A DNA stretch of 55,035 nucleotides, filler included, from Bipalium vagum (Eukaryota): NCBI GenBank assembly GCA_037834085.1. It is 3 parts of 3 records of this genome, joined end to end, with 100 filler letters (N's around TTAATTAATTAA, not from the genome) between each part and the next. Parts side by side here need not be neighbours in the genome. Positions count along the whole stretch, not along the records: positions 37,379 to 55,035 come from JBBMKC010056705.1; 2 more parts are not named here. One strand, written 5' to 3'. Both the position numbers and the translations under genes were made by a program. Each line of letters begins with the position of its first letter. Position 1 is the stretch's first letter. This document shows, piece by piece, positions 51,620 through 55,035 of the stretch. Under the pieces are notes generated by a model. It was not told the origin of the DNA, did no database searches, and worked only from the letters and a program-made list of their open reading frames with translations.

Positions 51620-52600
51620 ATTTTATTTTTACAACTTTTACTTTACTAGAATAATATTTTTCAATTATCCATCCTGGTCCTTTTACTCTACCTATTTCTC
51701 TATCCAACAATTCTTTATAATTAGAAATAACTTTTATCATATCATCCTCTGTTATATATCTATTTTTAGTATATTCCTACTATTTTCTTTACATTCACTT
51801 AAATATTTTTCTTCTGAATTATAATCAAAGTAATATCTTGTAGTTGAACCTTGTTGTTTCATGATCCTATATCGTAAAAATATTATATCCGTTCCTTTAT
51901 AACTTTTAGCATATGTTTTTTGTAAAGGTCTTCCATCACCATAAAATAATTCCTATAAGTATTATACCCGCCGAAAACATGATAATTATTTGTTGTTCCA
52001 AAATTTACAGTATTATTGTTTGTATATTCATTTTTGTCTGCAACTAATATTACTGTAAATTCACTTTTTAATAATAAAATTTTATCTCCAACAAATACTC
52101 TAACTTGGATATATTGATTTCTAAATTTTTAGAATTTATAAAATCTATTGATGAAGATTTCCAATAAAAATACCAACAAACTACAGGTGTAATTTTTTTA
52201 CACATGTTTTTATAATCATCAGCTGCGAAAATATTTTTTAATTTTATTTTCACATTATTTATTAATTTATGAAGGTCTTTATTATCATTTGTTATTTTTT
52301 TTGATAGAATCATTTAAAAATTTGTTATTAATTTCAATTGCTTTAAAATCTTTTGAATTTGATTTTGTTAATTAAATTTGCCATTTTTTGAGAGATTCAA
52401 GATATGATATAAAATATTTGTTAAATTTAGAATATTTTAATTCAAGATTGCTTTTTAATTCTTTCAATTTTTTTGGACCTTCTTTAGAATTATATTGTAA
52501 AATATCTATTTTCGTTTTTATTTTATTTTTTTATTCTTCATATGATTTTACTTCACTCTGAATATTAAATAAAAAAAGAATTATTTTTTCTAATTACCAT
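51620..52600 (-). pseudogene. Decayed Polinton-like ORF(s), ending in a GxGW motif like the N-terminal region of Polinton pPolB
   Basis: ELLDREIGRVKGPGWIIEKYYSSKVKVVK resembles the GSGW..I motif; same strand and composition as adjacent viral ORFs. No polymerase core motifs seen. Confidence 0.35.
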
Positions 52601-52619
52601 TCTATTTACAATAATTTCG

Positions 52620-52855
52620 TTATTTAACTTGCTTCACATATTTTAAATTTGCAAAGTCATTATCATTTATTGAATCTGCTAAATTTATTATTTTATTATT
52701 ATTCGCGTTTATAATTCCTATCATAGAATCTCCAGTAACATTTAGAAAATAATAGTCTGATTCATTTCTAATAAAATCAATTTTTAAAAAATTTTTTTAT
52801 TTTTATAATCATTATAAAAATAAGGTGTTTTAAAATATTTAAATTTATCATTCAT
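52620..52855 (-). pseudogene. Fibre/stalk-like ORF remnant
   Basis: LNVTGDSMIGIINANNNKIINLADSINDNDFANLKYVK fits the G..M.G.L.M..NKI.NL..P....DA.NK.YV fibre-type repeat. Confidence 0.6.
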
Positions 52856-52899
52856 TTTTAATACTTACTTTTTCTAGAAGAACAAATTTTAACTCTTCT

Positions 52900-53305
52900 A
52901 AAATTTCCTTAATTTTCTTTTCATTGGTTGTCTTTGGTTTGAGAAGTCCATTCATATAAAGTTCATATAAAACATAAAGTTAATTGTCCGCAATATTGTA
53001 AGTCAGTATTACTTTGTAAATCAGTTTTATTATACTCTTTTATATGTCTTCCTAAATCTTCAAGTGGTGGTAAGCCGTAAGAATCAAATAGTATTCATTA
53101 TAATAACCAACCCAATGAATTCCCTTTTGATTTGTATTTTGATTATTAATTAATTATTAAAGGTTTTTCAGACTTTATTCTTTTTACAGTAATCTCAATT
53201 ACAAATAAGGAATATCCCTAAATGTTCAAAAATAACTGTTATATCAAAATTTGAAGTTGTATTAATTCCATATTTACAAAGAAAATCAAGTGAATTTAAA
53301 ATCAT
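52900..53305 (-). pseudogene. Adenain-family cysteine protease remnant (Polinton PRO)
   Basis: MILNSLDF...TSNFDI; NQKGIHWVGYY; DSYGLPP; LQSNTDLQYCGQ (catalytic H, D, Q, C in order), with frameshifts. Confidence 0.85.
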
Positions 53306-53329
53306 TTTTTAAAATAAAATTTAGTTATT

Positions 53330-53863
53330 TTAATAAGGGTTGAAGTACAAACCACTCCCTTGTTTAACTATTTTAATTTTATTTTTTGGAAATCTTTTAT
53401 AATAACTCGTTTTATTTTTTCTATCTGATTTATCCAAAATTTTATATTCTAAATTATTTAAAATTGAATCTCTTAACCCTTTTCCAAAATAAGGGTTATA
53501 ATACAATCCTGCACCAGATGTTACTTCTTTGGGTACACCTTCGGTGTTGAGAGTTTCGCTCATTTCAAGTTTCTCTATTTTTATTTCTAAATTCTTTTTT
53601 TGAAATCAGTTTTTTCTGCTTCTTGTCCTTTTTGTACTGCTGTTGCAACACCACCTGCAACTTCACCAGCAGCACCTAATCCTGCAAATATTGCATCTAA
53701 AATTGGTATTAATGGTAATACACCACCTTCCTTTCTTCAACTTTATCTCTACTTTCTTAATTAATTTTTTAGATAAATATTTTTTCTCACCATATAATGT
53801 TATCGCTTTTGGTTCACCAACATCAATTATTTTTTTAAATTTGTTTTCAGTTTTTTCTTTCAT
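53330..53863 (-). pseudogene. Polinton core/pX-like protein with protease-site motifs (frameshifted)
   Basis: KEGGVLPLIPILDAIFAGLGAAGEVAGGVATAV, followed by GAGLYYNPY, GKGL and GSGLYFNPY; lies immediately upstream of the adenain. Confidence 0.7.
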
Positions 53864-55035
53864 TTTTAATAAATAAAATTTAGTAACTTATTAAATATTT
53901 ATCCTATGAAAAAATAATTATACCAATGGAAAGAGTGTTATCAAATTACTGTATACAAGTTTTAACAGATTTATTACCACTATCTTAGTTTTAGAGATAA
54001 ACGACTTCGAATATTTGAATATTCGAGTTGAAAATTCGAAACGAAACTGATATTTTTGTTTAAATATTAAAATAAATATTTACAGATAAAACAATTCTCA
54101 TTTAATTTAATTTTTAAAAAATTAGAAATATATTATAGTATTTACATGATCAAGATACATGTGTAAATTTTATTTTAATATATATTAATTAAGCAGGTTT
54201 TAATCTATATATCTGCAAGATTTCAACTCAAAATCTATTTTTTATATAAAGTTATTAAGGGTCAAAATATGTCATAAAATACGTGTAAAAGGCAATCTTT
54301 TATTTCATCCATAAATCCGGGTAGAAAATTTTTGGTCCAATATGATAGATAATTATGTGTAGATAATTATCATAAAATAAAAAATATATATTTATTTTTG
54401 AGATATTCACAAAAATCAATAAAATCAATATTTCGATCAGAAAAAAGGATCGCATCAGAATGACTGTGCTACCAGCAGAAAGAGATTTAAATTTCAGTCT
54501 AGGTCGTGTTTATAAAATTAAAAAATGATGGAAAGATAATAAAGATTTTTCTATTTAAAGATTACTTGTGAATGTGTGTTAATGAGGGAAATATTTATAA
54601 TCAGAATGTGTTATAATCTTAGTTGATGTATTATTATTTATTATAAAGTTTCAGTAATTACTGAAATAAAAAAGTCAAAGTGATTTCAGTATTCACTGAA
54701 ATGTAAGCCACATGGTTTACATAGTTACTCGCCTTGGAAATTGTTTTTCCTAAAATATATGTTTTAGAATATATAGTAAAATTAAACTCGGATTATTTTT
54801 TAATTAAAAATAAAAAAATCAACCTAAAAGATATATTTTAGTAAACAAAGAGTAATATATATTAATGAAAAAATACATTATCTAATTAATGTCAGAGTTA
54901 TTTATCATCCTCATGCTTTGAATCTCACCCTCTAAACTAAATATTCTTATTTCAAAACTGTAAGGATTAAATTTTAATTAATATTAAATAATAAATATTT
55001 TTAAAATAATTTTTAAAGTAATATAATAATAATAA

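Noticed and set aside
1-55035. CRISPR arrays, tRNA or rRNA genes
   Set aside because: No regularly spaced repeat-spacer array and no tRNA or rRNA signatures seen; the context is eukaryotic.

Overview
AT-rich eukaryotic scaffold, probably an invertebrate animal (inferred from DHX9, Kidins220 and Syk), with three N-gaps. Host genes: a complete ~12-exon DHX9/RNA helicase A (-, 667-6420); the terminal exon only of a Kidins220/ARMS-like gene (-); the first two exons (N-SH2 and interdomain A) of a Syk/ZAP70-family kinase (+) separated by an 8.7 kb intron; an aldo-keto reductase (-); and an intact three-exon gene for a 97-aa secreted, Cys-containing protein (49847-50312) that the ORF track misses. 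The rest is mostly decayed mobile DNA: Tc1/mariner/pogo remnants, a Gypsy gag-pol with four zinc knuckles, a solo-LTR-like family, a non-LTR RT fragment and MITEs. From 46.9 to 53.9 kb lie fragments of an endogenous Polinton/adintovirus: parvovirus-type PLA2 running into an rve integrase, an adenain protease, a pX/core-like protein, a fibre-like motif and a shared start motif. Between those fragments are a long fold-back, the secreted-protein gene and a ~280-nt densely base-paired multi-junction element. All calls come from reading and translating by eye; no searches were run and remnant coordinates are approximate.
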